Below are positions 26,613 through 35,758 of a stretch of 64,000 nt of DNA, one piece after another; within the stretch, counting starts at the first letter, position 1; the number at the start of each line of letters is the position of its first letter. The translations under genes were made by a program, and so were the position numbers. Source of the stretch: a virus (Duplodnaviria > Heunggongvirae > Uroviricota > Caudoviricetes); the IMG/VR virus record IMGVR_UViG_3300008108_000006; one strand, 5' to 3'. The notes beneath the pieces were generated by a model, which had not been told where the DNA came from, ran no database searches, and saw nothing but the letters and a program-made list of their open reading frames with translations.

Positions 26613-27581
26613 TTATCCAACTATTTCAAAATTTTTTGATTTTTCTTTTGTCACATCAAAATCTCTTAACGATCCACCCGCATTTAATTTCACATAATGT
26701 CTTATGGCATCATCCAAATTTGTAAATTGGTTTTCCTTACTAATATCTTTAATTAAAAATTTAACAGCAATTTCTGAGGCAATCTTAGGATCATTAACCA
26801 AATCAGGATTAGATACCAAATCTTTACCAATCAAATTACCATATTTGGAATAATTACCTTTACCTGTTAATTGGTTCAACCCTCTACCCCTATACATCCA
26901 ACCATCATCACCACCTTGATTCCCCGCAACCTTTGAATAAACCACCTTAAAGAATTCCTTTGGATTGTTTTTTAATTTGGATAATTGATCATCCGATAAA
27001 TGTTTAACTCGTTTTCCAAAAATATTCCTAAGTTTAGAGTTAGATGTTTTACTATATGGATTTTCCGATTGCGGAATAAATCCCGATTCCTTATCAATCG
27101 TTGATAGTATCGCCACTTGGGCATAAGGATTGGTCAAACCAACTTTAGTCATCTCATCAATCATACTATTAACAACACTACCCTTCGACCCCGAATAATT
27201 GTGTTTAATTTTTCCTTTTAATTTTGGTACATCAGTTTTTACCTCTTCTTTATTTGACGTATCAATTGGTGATCCAGGCTTTTCTTGCAAAATACTATTA
27301 AAAAATTCATCAGTGATTTCACCATTAACCTTCAACCCTTTTGCTTTTTGGTATTGTTCAATAAAGTTCTTCATTTCCGAATCGTACTTACCATTCAACT
27401 TAACACCCGATATACCAAAATCTTTAAGTAACTTTTGAATTGCGGTCACTTTAAACCCTTTGTCACCTAATTTTGGATATTCTTTTTTATCCTTCATTGC
27501 TTTAATACCGCTAAGAATTTTTCCCTGCACAAAATCATCCAAACCCAAAAGCTCAATAAATTGTTCAACTAATATTTTCAT
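26613..27581 (-). CDS. Peptidoglycan-binding domain + glycoside hydrolase family 19 endolysin-like enzyme
   Basis: LGDKGFKVTAIQKLL...FQ-like PG-binding domain; KESGF...YRGRGLNQLTGKGNY...NPDLV; start refined to 27581 (TATTTAT upstream). Confidence 0.85.
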   Translation of the reverse strand: MKILVEQFIELLGLDDFVQGKILSGIKAMKDKKEYPKLGDKGFKVTAIQKLLKDFGISGVKLNGKYDSEMKNFIEQYQKAKGLKVNGEITDEFFNSILQEKPGSPIDTSNKEEVKTDVPKLKGKIKHNYSGSKGSVVNSMIDEMTKVGLTNPYAQVAILSTIDKESGFIPQSENPYSKTSNSKLRNIFGKRVKHLSDDQLSKLKNNPKEFFKVVYSKVAGNQGGDDGWMYRGRGLNQLTGKGNYSKYGNLIGKDLVSNPDLVNDPKIASEIAVKFLIKDISKENQFTNLDDAIRHYVKLNAGGSLRDFDVTKEKSKNFEIVG

Positions 27582-27612
27582 AAAAACTTTTAATATAAAT
27601 ACCTTATTAAAC

Positions 27613-27641
27613 AAAAAAACCCATCACAATCGTGATAGGTT
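27613..27641 (-). terminator. Intrinsic terminator of the large ncRNA
   Basis: ACCTATCAC-GATT-GTGATGGGT followed by U tract. Confidence 0.8.
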
Positions 27642-28470
27642 ATATTGGCTAACGCTGAGACTAAACGTTTTGGTTGGTTGCCTTTGGAGGGATTATCCGA
27701 GGTTTGGTTCCCCAATCTTGTCCACATATGTTGCCATACGTATCAACCAGTGTCGGTAACTATCGGTTACCACTCGTTTCGTTGTGACTTACTCCACACT
27801 TACTTATGTCTGTTCAATCTTGCTAGACTGACTAAAGGATGGCCGTCCTACCAGCACTTTCGTTATGAAACCTAACAGACTTGCGGTCTGATTAAGTTCT
27901 TGGTTGACGCAAGGTCCCAAGAATTAGACACCTTTCATCACAACGCCCGAAGGCTTTCGCTTCATCTTGTTTTTAGTTCAAATACAAATTGAGTAGCCGT
28001 GAGTTTTGAAGGACGTGCTTCGGGAGAAGTTTCATATCTTTTGGACACAAAATGCTTCACGACCTTCTGTAAGTCTGCAAACCTACGGTTCATAAGGATT
28101 ACGTTGTTTCACAACTCGGAAACCCTTCAGAACTGGTGCCAAGCCCTACTTCCAATTGCAGTCGGAGTCGAACCTTCACCTTCAACTTTTCCTATTGGTG
28201 TCACCACCTCAACCTCGAGTCTCACTTCTCGAGATGAATAGATTCTCTCAGCGGTTGCCCCCGAGATTCCATCCGTAGTTGATTTGCTTAGTTGTCAAAT
28301 CTTATGATCTGCGAGACTGTCGGTTGCTAAACCATAAAGTCCCATTTAGTCCCGTCACCGGGGTTATCTAATGACGCTAAGCCGCCAATACCGTCGACCT
28401 AATTCCTTGAGAGGGGAAATGGTCTTTTTCAAAGAACGTTGTCGGTTTTGAGTATTATCCGACGTTTTGG
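27613..28470 (-). ncRNA. Large (~855 nt) structured non-coding RNA, GOLLD-like candidate
   Basis: GC-enriched interval lacking a credible ORF, bounded by promoter and terminator; multiple hairpins (GCC-UUCG-GGC, GGTAAC/GTTACC, CAGAC/GTCTG) and long-range pairings; family name inferred from size and phage context only. Confidence 0.7.
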
Positions 28471-28474
28471 ACTA

Positions 28475-28506
28475 CAAAGTTAGAACAACTTTTTCGTTCT
28501 GTCAAG
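28475..28506 (-). promoter_or_regulatory. Bacteroidota-type promoter for the ncRNA (CTTG-N20-TAACTTTG)
   Basis: Perfect -7 element, one mismatch in -33. Confidence 0.65.
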
Positions 28507-28600
28507 TCTTTTTTTGAAATTTTTTTGGGGTAATTTTTATAAATATACCCTAAATCTCAAAAATCTCACTCAACACTACAAAATTACAAACTTTTTTTCA

Positions 28601-29059
28601 TTATGTCAAGATATTTTTGAAAATTTCTTCATTTTCTTTGAAACAAGTATAATGATTGTGGTATGCAAGATGTCTAGCCTCAACTTCCAAGGGGTGTTGT
28701 TCATACCCATACACCTTTAATAACTTCTCATATTTTGTCGCCACAGGTTGCATAGAATGAACATACTCGTGAATGATCGTTTGTATCAAATCACCCAACG
28801 TTTTGTGCATAGTATAGTTGATACCAATGATATTATCTTCGTGATCATACCAACCAAATGTTGTCTTACCATCAGGTCCTTTACTACCTTTAATACAGAA
28901 GTGTGATATTGGTGATTTTCTACGTCTATTCACACCCATATTAGTTTTACACCACCCAATAACAACATCGGCAATCTTTTCAGTTCTTTTCCTACCGATT
29001 CTCTTAACTGAAGTACTAATATTTGTAACCATATCACAAAGATAATTACAAAATTTCAT
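28601..29059 (-). CDS. Putative zincin-like metallopeptidase
   Basis: IIHEYVHSMQ (HExxH) and HPLEVEA. Confidence 0.6.
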   Translation of the reverse strand: MKFCNYLCDMVTNISTSVKRIGRKRTEKIADVVIGWCKTNMGVNRRRKSPISHFCIKGSKGPDGKTTFGWYDHEDNIIGINYTMHKTLGDLIQTIIHEYVHSMQPVATKYEKLLKVYGYEQHPLEVEARHLAYHNHYTCFKENEEIFKNILT

Positions 29060-29260
29060 ACTTCAAAAGTGTTAATGTCGTTTTTTTCAAAAAACCAACA
29101 AAATATCACCTAACAACACCATAAGAACAAAAAAACACCATATTATACACTAAAACGAAAAGTTAATGATATCTTAATAACACACCGAAAAATTCATTTT
29201 ATACAAATCCTTTTTTATTTATTGTTATGGATAAACACTTTTCTACTAAACAATTTAATT

Positions 29261-29800
29261 ATGAAAACACTTTTTACACTACTATTTTCGTTTGTTTTTA
29301 TTTCAATTTCTGTCGCAAAATCACACAAAAACTATGGAACAATAAAATCTCAAAAACTCTACGAATGTATTGAAAAATACTCAGAAGAGTTGGGTGTTCC
29401 CAAACACATCGCTTATAACATAGCAAGACTTGAAACCGGTTACAAAGGACCAACCCACAAAAACTACAACCCACACAGAAGATCAAGATGTGGGGCTGTC
29501 GGTCCAATGCAAATCATACCACGTTACGCAAAAAAACTCGAGAAGAATTTAAGTAACAAAATCTTAATGTATAATATTGAAACGAATGTTAGAATTTCGT
29601 TGAAGATGTTAAAGAAACATTACAACAGGTACCATTCTTGGGAAAAGGCAGTCGCTTGTTACCATAAAGGTAATCCAAGACCTAACAAATATTCAAGATA
29701 TGTTACAACAAATTACAACTACCATCGTAAATGGGATCGGTCCTATAGGAATGATTACCCAAAGTGTGATACGACAGATATAATTTACGCAAACAGATGA
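29261..29800 (+). CDS. Lytic transglycosylase (SLT domain) with signal peptide
   Basis: IARLETG, GAVGPMQII, NIETNVR, AVACYHKG; start refined to MKTLF. Confidence 0.85.
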   Translation: MKTLFTLLFSFVFISISVAKSHKNYGTIKSQKLYECIEKYSEELGVPKHIAYNIARLETGYKGPTHKNYNPHRRSRCGAVGPMQIIPRYAKKLEKNLSNKILMYNIETNVRISLKMLKKHYNRYHSWEKAVACYHKGNPRPNKYSRYVTTNYNYHRKWDRSYRNDYPKCDTTDIIYANR

Positions 29801-29808
29801 AAATAAAA

Positions 29809-29829
29809 ATGGGGGTCATTGACCCCCAT
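29809..29829. terminator. Bidirectional terminator between convergent genes
   Basis: atgggggtc-att-gacccccat with A/T tracts on both sides. Confidence 0.75.
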
Positions 29830-29834
29830 TTCTT

Positions 29835-30425
29835 TTATACAATATCCTTTGACTCAATCAAAGTATATGTAAATGAATTACCGTGTTTATCTCGGGACTT
29901 CCTAATGATTTCCATAAAGGAATCAAAATCCGCCGATCTTTTGAATACTTGGCAACCTTCCGACCAATTTTCTACGTATGTTGAATCAACACCCGCTTTA
30001 TGAATGTTAATACCGAAAACACCTTCTTGGATTTTGTTCTCGTCGTGTTGCATATCTTTATCAGCATCACGATATACTTTCACATTCTTAGCTTGTCTCA
30101 ACGCTTCATACTTACCTTGGTGTAATCCGATTATGTGAGAACTTCTATACTGTCCTTCAACCAATCTTGCAACACCTGCAGCGTTATGATACTCCAACAT
30201 CGCTTTCTTACCGGGATCGGTTGTGATCGTCCATTCATGATACTTCCATTGACCACCAACTTTATAAGATAGTGTAATAGTATCATCAAACGCATTCGTT
30301 ACTTTATCACCTGTTGCTGAATTTCTTACTCCTACAATATTAACATCATAGTCGGTATCAGAATCAAACCACTTATAACCTTTTGTCTCAACCGCTTTTT
30401 GGATTTTCTCTCTACTGTAAGCCAT
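29835..30425 (-). CDS. Putative cell-wall hydrolase (L,D-transpeptidase/YkuD-like catalytic motif)
   Basis: GINIHKAG...NWSEGCQV fits HxxG...SxGC; adjacent to holin-like gene. Confidence 0.55.
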   Translation of the reverse strand: MAYSREKIQKAVETKGYKWFDSDTDYDVNIVGVRNSATGDKVTNAFDDTITLSYKVGGQWKYHEWTITTDPGKKAMLEYHNAAGVARLVEGQYRSSHIIGLHQGKYEALRQAKNVKVYRDADKDMQHDENKIQEGVFGINIHKAGVDSTYVENWSEGCQVFKRSADFDSFMEIIRKSRDKHGNSFTYTLIESKDIV

Positions 30426-30679
30426 TATCCTTCAGTCTCCTCATCTTTTTTAGGTTTTTTAGGTGCTGCGAAGTTATCCAATGATGTTCCGAACAAACAT
30501 GCAATAGTAACATACTCGACCGCACTTACCAACTCAGCCGATGGTTTAATTTCTTCGTGAGTAAATGAATTAGCTATCATTGTTCCAGCAAGTGCAAGGA
30601 AACCAATGAAAGCGATTACTCTCTTTGAGCTCACATCTCCCGATGCGGAACTCAACATTGATTTGAAAAATTTTTTCAT
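30425..30679 (-). CDS. Holin-like small membrane protein
   Basis: SSKRVIAF motif, two TM segments, charged C-terminus. Confidence 0.5.
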   Translation of the reverse strand: MKKFFKSMLSSASGDVSSKRVIAFIGFLALAGTMIANSFTHEEIKPSAELVSAVEYVTIACLFGTSLDNFAAPKKPKKDEETEG

Positions 30680-30713
30680 AATATCCTGTTTTATGAATAA
30701 ATATCTTCAACAA

Positions 30714-31103
30714 TCAAATTCTACTCAAAAAATCAATAAAGGATTGTGTCATCGGTGTCGGTAAATCATCCAAATCAAAGAACCCACATTCAGTATGTTC
30801 AAACCCATCTTGAGCCATGTCCAAATCAATATCAATCATCTCATCGGACTCATATAAGAACATATGAATTACCTTTGTTACCTTACCTTTTATTATAATT
30901 CTACCAATATAATTAAAATCACCTTGCAGTTCATAACCTGTTTCCTCATAAAACTCTCTCATCGCACCTTCGGGCGGTGATTCGTAATCCTCAACATGCC
31001 CTGATGGAATAGACCAATAACCACCAAGTGTTTGATCCATCGCCCTTTTACACAAAAGAATTTCATTTCCAACTTTATATACAATTCCTGCAATTTCTTC
31101 CAT
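30714..31103 (-). CDS. NUDIX hydrolase
   Basis: PSGHVEDYESPPEGAMREFYEETG Nudix box; start refined to 31103. Confidence 0.9.
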   Translation of the reverse strand: MEEIAGIVYKVGNEILLCKRAMDQTLGGYWSIPSGHVEDYESPPEGAMREFYEETGYELQGDFNYIGRIIIKGKVTKVIHMFLYESDEMIDIDLDMAQDGFEHTECGFFDLDDLPTPMTQSFIDFLSRI

Positions 31104-31113
31104 ATTTATAAGT

Positions 31114-31473
31114 ATGTTATATCCAGTTAAAATAAGAATAAATGACCAAGTTTTCAAATGTGAAGTTAGACACACTAAAAGTGACTTGGAAAAAGGTATG
31201 ATGGGAAGAACATTTCCCGATACTAATTATAGTATGTTGTTTATTATGCCAACATCAGAAAGACAAAGTTTTTGGATGAAAAACTGTGTTCAACCATTAG
31301 ATATACTTTTTATATCGGGTGTTAAAATTACAACAATACATAAGAATTGTCCTCCTTGTGATGAAGAACCTTGTGAAACTTATGAAGGTTACGGTGGTTT
31401 TGTGTTAGAATTAAACGGTGGTGCCTGTGATATGTACGGAATAAACGAAGGTGATAGAATTGAGATTATTTAA
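31114..31473 (+). CDS. DUF192-family protein
   Basis: GMMGR...MLF...FWMKNCVQPLDILFI...VLELNGG. Confidence 0.85.
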   Translation: MLYPVKIRINDQVFKCEVRHTKSDLEKGMMGRTFPDTNYSMLFIMPTSERQSFWMKNCVQPLDILFISGVKITTIHKNCPPCDEEPCETYEGYGGFVLELNGGACDMYGINEGDRIEII

Positions 31474-31832
31474 TCCCAATGAACACTCATATAAGGCCTA
31501 CCATCCTTAAGATGTAACTCACCCATTCCCCAACCTTCAACATTACGAAACGTAACAGATCCACCGGACTTAACATCTACCATATCCTCAACTCTTACAA
31601 CCATACCTGGTGTTAATTTTTGGTTCTTACCTTTTGGATCTAATACAACGGTACCATTAACATTCATCACCGTTAATTTATTTCTATTAACCGGTTTCAA
31701 ACTCTTTTCAACAATTTTACCGTCATTAGTCATAATGGATCCAAATTTAATTCCCGATCCAACTTGTTCACTTATTACTTTTTTTACTAATCTAACTAAA
31801 TCAGATTCAGTAAGTCTTACAATTTTACTCAT
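31470..31832 (-). CDS. Hypothetical protein with MSKIVRLTESDLVRLVKKVISEQ leader
   Basis: Leader motif. Confidence 0.65.
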   Translation of the reverse strand: MSKIVRLTESDLVRLVKKVISEQVGSGIKFGSIMTNDGKIVEKSLKPVNRNKLTVMNVNGTVVLDPKGKNQKLTPGMVVRVEDMVDVKSGGSVTFRNVEGWGMGELHLKDGRPYMSVHWD

Positions 31833-31833
31833 A

Positions 31834-32202
31834 TTATTTTAATGTTAAAAGATATTTTAATTTATTAAATTCCGCCATCATTTCATCTCTAATGTTTAAC
31901 AGATCACTATCACCCGCATCATATACATCATTCAGTGATAGTAAAAAATCAACACATGAATTTACATAATCATCAATACTAATTTCATCAATATCAATAA
32001 TCTCAATATTTAAGACACCATTATTTAATCTAGGTCTCCCATGTTTACCCATACAAACCTCAACAAACTTATCAATTAAGTCATCTAATGCATCATACAC
32101 ACCACCAAACGCTTGGTGTTGAGCATAACTTGTGGTTTGCCAATGCAACATTTTAACCTGTTGTTGCATCTTCATCATGTTTTCAATTATTTCAACTTGC
32201 AT
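31834..32202 (-). CDS. Ferritin/Dps-like four-helix protein (DUF5856-like)
   Basis: LHWQTTSYAQHQAFGGVYDALDDLIDKFVE...NKLKYLLTL. Confidence 0.75.
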   Translation of the reverse strand: MQVEIIENMMKMQQQVKMLHWQTTSYAQHQAFGGVYDALDDLIDKFVEVCMGKHGRPRLNNGVLNIEIIDIDEISIDDYVNSCVDFLLSLNDVYDAGDSDLLNIRDEMMAEFNKLKYLLTLK

Positions 32203-32203
32203 A

Positions 32204-33202
32204 TTATATAAAATTAATTAATTTAGAAAAGTAATCATCAATAGAGTTAGAACTAGCACTTGATGGTTTTTCAACTTCCACCGGTTTAATTACCGCTTCG
32301 GGTTTAGTGGTCGTTCCCGAAACTTCGTCATTGAATAGTTGGCTACCTTCACGAGTGTTTGTAAATTCTTCCATTTTCTCGTTAACGGTTTCCTCACCAT
32401 ATTTATTAACCAATTGCTCGGGGGTTGTGAATTTAGTAATACCCATGTAATCCAAAAATCTACCCCAAAATTTAGTTTTTAATATTAACTTACTTAATTG
32501 AGGATTTCTCCACCAACCTATCTTACGGAAAAACTTAGTTAATTTACCCATCTTATCAACATTAAAATCTCTAAACACTCTAACTGATTTTGATGTCTTT
32601 CCCGTCAATGCCGCTTCTTTAGCACCCGCAGTGAATAATTTAATCCAATCTGAGATTAAATTAATAAACCTACCAATTAAAGGTATTTTCCTACCTTTCT
32701 CTAATATATTCATCAATGGTTGTGACCATTTTGATGTTGTATTAGCCAAACTAGTAACCGCCTTGTCACCTTTTAAGATCTCCTGTGCGACTTTTGAACT
32801 CTTACCCGTAGCCATCGCCACTTCCAAACCTTTAACACCTTTACTAGCCATCGCAACACCTTTTATTGGTTTTGCAATAAGATCACCAACATAAGGTATT
32901 GCTGATATCATTGATAATATTCCAAAAAACTTTTGACCTCTTGAGAAATAGATAACACCATTCACTAAATCAACAACACCTGTTGGATCAAAAATACCCA
33001 CGATATCACCCGCAGTTTGAATCCAATCCATAACACTTTCATTTATATCTATAATGTCATTAGGATATAATATCTTCAAATATTCAATAACCGCAATCTT
33101 AGCCTCATCATCAAAATTCTCAACGATACCTCTAACTCTTTTTAATTCTTGGTTAGATAACATTAAACGATTAACCTGCGACTCCGCTAGTTGTAATTTC
33201 AT
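32204..33202 (-). CDS. Leader-bearing protein with hydrophobic pre-toxin-like segment
   Basis: DIVGIFDPTGVVDLVNGVIY...ILSMISAIPYVGD. Confidence 0.55.
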   Translation of the reverse strand: MKLQLAESQVNRLMLSNQELKRVRGIVENFDDEAKIAVIEYLKILYPNDIIDINESVMDWIQTAGDIVGIFDPTGVVDLVNGVIYFSRGQKFFGILSMISAIPYVGDLIAKPIKGVAMASKGVKGLEVAMATGKSSKVAQEILKGDKAVTSLANTTSKWSQPLMNILEKGRKIPLIGRFINLISDWIKLFTAGAKEAALTGKTSKSVRVFRDFNVDKMGKLTKFFRKIGWWRNPQLSKLILKTKFWGRFLDYMGITKFTTPEQLVNKYGEETVNEKMEEFTNTREGSQLFNDEVSGTTTKPEAVIKPVEVEKPSSASSNSIDDYFSKLINFI

Positions 33203-33239
33203 AAATTATTTTTATTTATAATAAATACCTACAAAAACA

Positions 33240-33259
33240 AAAAAAGGGAATCCCTTCCC
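33240..33259 (-). terminator. Intrinsic terminator
   Basis: GGGAA-GGGA-TTCCC followed by U tract. Confidence 0.65.
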
Positions 33260-33267
33260 ATCATTTT

Positions 33268-33336
33268 TCACGATTCAACATCGTCCTCAGCATAAGCACC
33301 CTCATCTTCTTCTTCAGGGTCATAAAAATCTCTCAT
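33268..33336 (-). CDS. 22-aa acidic peptide
   Basis: MRDFYDPEEEDEGAYAEDDVES; TATTTAT at 33348-33354; flanked by terminators. Confidence 0.45.
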   Translation of the reverse strand: MRDFYDPEEEDEGAYAEDDVES

Positions 33337-33355
33337 AATGTTTATTTATAAATAT

Positions 33356-33377
33356 AAAAAAAGGGACCTAAGTCCCA
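33356..33377 (-). terminator. Intrinsic terminator
   Basis: GGGAC-TTAG-GTCCC followed by U tract. Confidence 0.7.
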
Positions 33378-33391
33378 TTTTCCAATATTAA

Positions 33392-34075
33392 TTAAAAGTA
33401 AAAATAAACGTCGGGATTACGTGCATCAACCATCTGAGTTTCAAACCAAGTGTGTCCAATCTCCCAAGTACCCTCAATTGTGTTAATAATGATAGTTCCT
33501 TCTCCTCCATCATTGTTTTCCCATCCACCATAATTATCGTATAAAATCTGATAAGCATAGTTTTGATATTCAGACCCATTGTAATCATCATCACCGTCAA
33601 ATTCTACATCATCGTGTATAGATCCATCATCACCACCACCACTATATTTCGCAGTATAAACACCACGACCTTCCAACTTTTCCATCCAATCTTCAGATAT
33701 TGTACCTTCAGAATACGAATCTTCAGATCCGTAAGATTCATATTCAGCATCAAACCATACTTTCTTTTCATCAACACCTATATAAACATCAACTGTAGAA
33801 TAGTTAATATCTTCATGAACGTTATCAAATAATTTATCCCATAAATCACTTTCAGTAAAAAGGTCATCAATTATTTGATTTACACCGAAATCTTCCTTAA
33901 TGGATACATTATTAGTCTTAGAATACCAATAATCAATACTATCCGGTTCTGTACTACCATCATAAAAATATAAGGTGGTATATGCCTCACTAACATCCGC
34001 TTGCATTTTTAGATATAATGAAAATATCTTAAATTTTTTTTTCAATCTTTCGTCTAATTCAATCTCAATTGCCAT
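33392..34075 (-). CDS. DUF6878-like acidic protein
   Basis: YSGGGDDGSI...YGGWENNDGGEGTI. Confidence 0.6.
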   Translation of the reverse strand: MAIEIELDERLKKKFKIFSLYLKMQADVSEAYTTLYFYDGSTEPDSIDYWYSKTNNVSIKEDFGVNQIIDDLFTESDLWDKLFDNVHEDINYSTVDVYIGVDEKKVWFDAEYESYGSEDSYSEGTISEDWMEKLEGRGVYTAKYSGGGDDGSIHDDVEFDGDDDYNGSEYQNYAYQILYDNYGGWENNDGGEGTIIINTIEGTWEIGHTWFETQMVDARNPDVYFYF

Positions 34076-34095
34076 ATCTTTTTTTTATATAAATA

Positions 34096-34449
34096 TTAGT
34101 CTTCTATGTTTAAGTCCATAGTTCTAATCATCCAAATAGGTCTTTCTTTATTTTCTATAGCCTTTAACCATTCTTTCGCCGATGGTATATAATTGGAACA
34201 ATCTTCCCTTACGTGTTGTTCACCAACATATCTAGTATAAACTACCGTACCATCTGAGTTAACAAACGATTCTCCGAACACCTTCTGACATTCAAAAATT
34301 CCCTCACTATGATGTCTGAATATTCTGTGGTTTGAATGTCCATACCACGCTTTGGTTTCATCAAACCAATTATGAATATGAATATAATCTTCAACCTTCC
34401 CACCAAATTTTTTCACAGATGATTTAGCATGTAACATCGGATGTGCCAT
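34096..34449 (-). CDS. DUF6915-like protein
   Basis: HPMLHAKSSVKKFGG...IHNWFDETK...RHHSEGIF...GEQHVREDC. Confidence 0.7.
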   Translation of the reverse strand: MAHPMLHAKSSVKKFGGKVEDYIHIHNWFDETKAWYGHSNHRIFRHHSEGIFECQKVFGESFVNSDGTVVYTRYVGEQHVREDCSNYIPSAKEWLKAIENKERPIWMIRTMDLNIED

Positions 34450-34451
34450 AA

Positions 34452-35306
34452 TTAAAATGTAATTTCCTTTTGATTTTTAGTTAAAACAAACTCACCAACT
34501 CTCTTCCTTGCAATGTCCGCATAGTTTTGAGATAATTCAATCCCAACCCATTTACGATCCAACACCTCGGCAGCAACCAATGAAGTTCCCGATCCCGCAA
34601 ACGGATCCAAAACAATATCATCTTTATATGTTAAGATTTTTATCGCCTTGGTCGGAATATCCATTGAAAATGTTGCCTTGGTCATTGACCTTGTGTCTGC
34701 GAAGTAATTCCATTGTCCATACACCAACTCGATAAATTCTTTTTTATCTTCGTCTTGATATACTCTTTTTGTTTTTCCTTCCACGTCTTTCTCTTCATAT
34801 TTCCATTGAGGTTGTCCTTTGTTTATTTTCTTCGGTGATCCTTTATAAGCCAAAATCACACATTCCTTTGGATTATAAATATACGGTGATGACGGACTCA
34901 TCCAAGAACCCCAAGCAGTTGTCTTACTTCTATGTGGTGATTGTTCCTCCAAATCAACAATACCATAAAACCCAAAACCGATTTCTTTCATAATTTGCCA
35001 AACCTCAGACGCAATAAAAATACGACCACCCTTCGTTTGTCGGTTAATCTCATAAGGAATATTCAACGATATACGACCACCTTCTTTCAACACATTAAAC
35101 GCTTGTGTTAACCAATTTCTGGTGAAAACTAAATAATCGTCAATATGTAAATCATCTTCACAAACATCATAATCAATCCCCACACCATACGGAGGACTAG
35201 TAACGATCAAATCAATAGATCCCTCGGGTAATGTTTTCATAACTTCAACACAATCACCAGTGATTATTTTACTCAAAACATCACCAATATCTTCAATTTT
35301 CTTCAT
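34452..35306 (-). CDS. DNA amino-methyltransferase, beta class (probably N4-C or N6-A)
   Basis: Motif IV TSPPY precedes motif I VLDPFAGSGT. Confidence 0.9.
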   Translation of the reverse strand: MKKIEDIGDVLSKIITGDCVEVMKTLPEGSIDLIVTSPPYGVGIDYDVCEDDLHIDDYLVFTRNWLTQAFNVLKEGGRISLNIPYEINRQTKGGRIFIASEVWQIMKEIGFGFYGIVDLEEQSPHRSKTTAWGSWMSPSSPYIYNPKECVILAYKGSPKKINKGQPQWKYEEKDVEGKTKRVYQDEDKKEFIELVYGQWNYFADTRSMTKATFSMDIPTKAIKILTYKDDIVLDPFAGSGTSLVAAEVLDRKWVGIELSQNYADIARKRVGEFVLTKNQKEITF

Positions 35307-35452
35307 CTAATATTTTTTTACTAAGTAATGATAATCAATTTTTAACTAACTTTCAATGTTGATAAGTTTTTTGATGAAAATTAAAATCTATGACTAACTT
35401 TGTAATGTTAAAAAAAAGAAGTAATAATTCAAACTCAAAACTATTTATTATT

Positions 35453-35734
35453 ATGAGACTTAAAGATTTATGTGATTTTTCCCTGAATAATCCTGATGCC
35501 GACTTTTGGTTAGTTAGAAAAGGTTCCGCTAATGTTGTGGGAACACCAACTAAAGAATTCTCACCCGAACACATCGGAGTTACCGTTACAAGGACCGATA
35601 TCCTTCTTCCCGATTATCTGTTCTACGTATTTCAATATTTAGTTTCATCAGGTAAACTACAACAATTATCTCACGGAACAACCAAACTATCAAATATTAA
35701 GATATCCGATATTGGTAACATACAAGTAGGATAA
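35453..35734 (+). CDS. Mini type I R-M specificity-subunit (HsdS TRD)-like protein
   Basis: MRLKDLC...LPDYLFYVF...GTTKLSNIKISDIGNIQV; start refined; TATTTAT at 35442-35448. Confidence 0.55.
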   Translation: MRLKDLCDFSLNNPDADFWLVRKGSANVVGTPTKEFSPEHIGVTVTRTDILLPDYLFYVFQYLVSSGKLQQLSHGTTKLSNIKISDIGNIQVG

Positions 35735-35740
35735 AAAAAT

Positions 35741-35758
35741 GGGGGTTATTAAACCCCC
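35741..35758. terminator. Bidirectional terminator
   Basis: gggggtt-att-aaaccccc with flanking A/T tracts between convergent genes. Confidence 0.7.

Noticed and set aside
28140-28200. tRNA gene (GGTTCGACTCC on minus strand)
   Set aside because: T-loop-like motif only; no full T-stem, acceptor stem or cloverleaf
27645-28241. ORFs 27645..27875 and 27999..28241 (+)
   Set aside because: Atypical composition, antisense to the promoter/terminator-defined RNA; likely chance ORFs in GC-richer structured RNA
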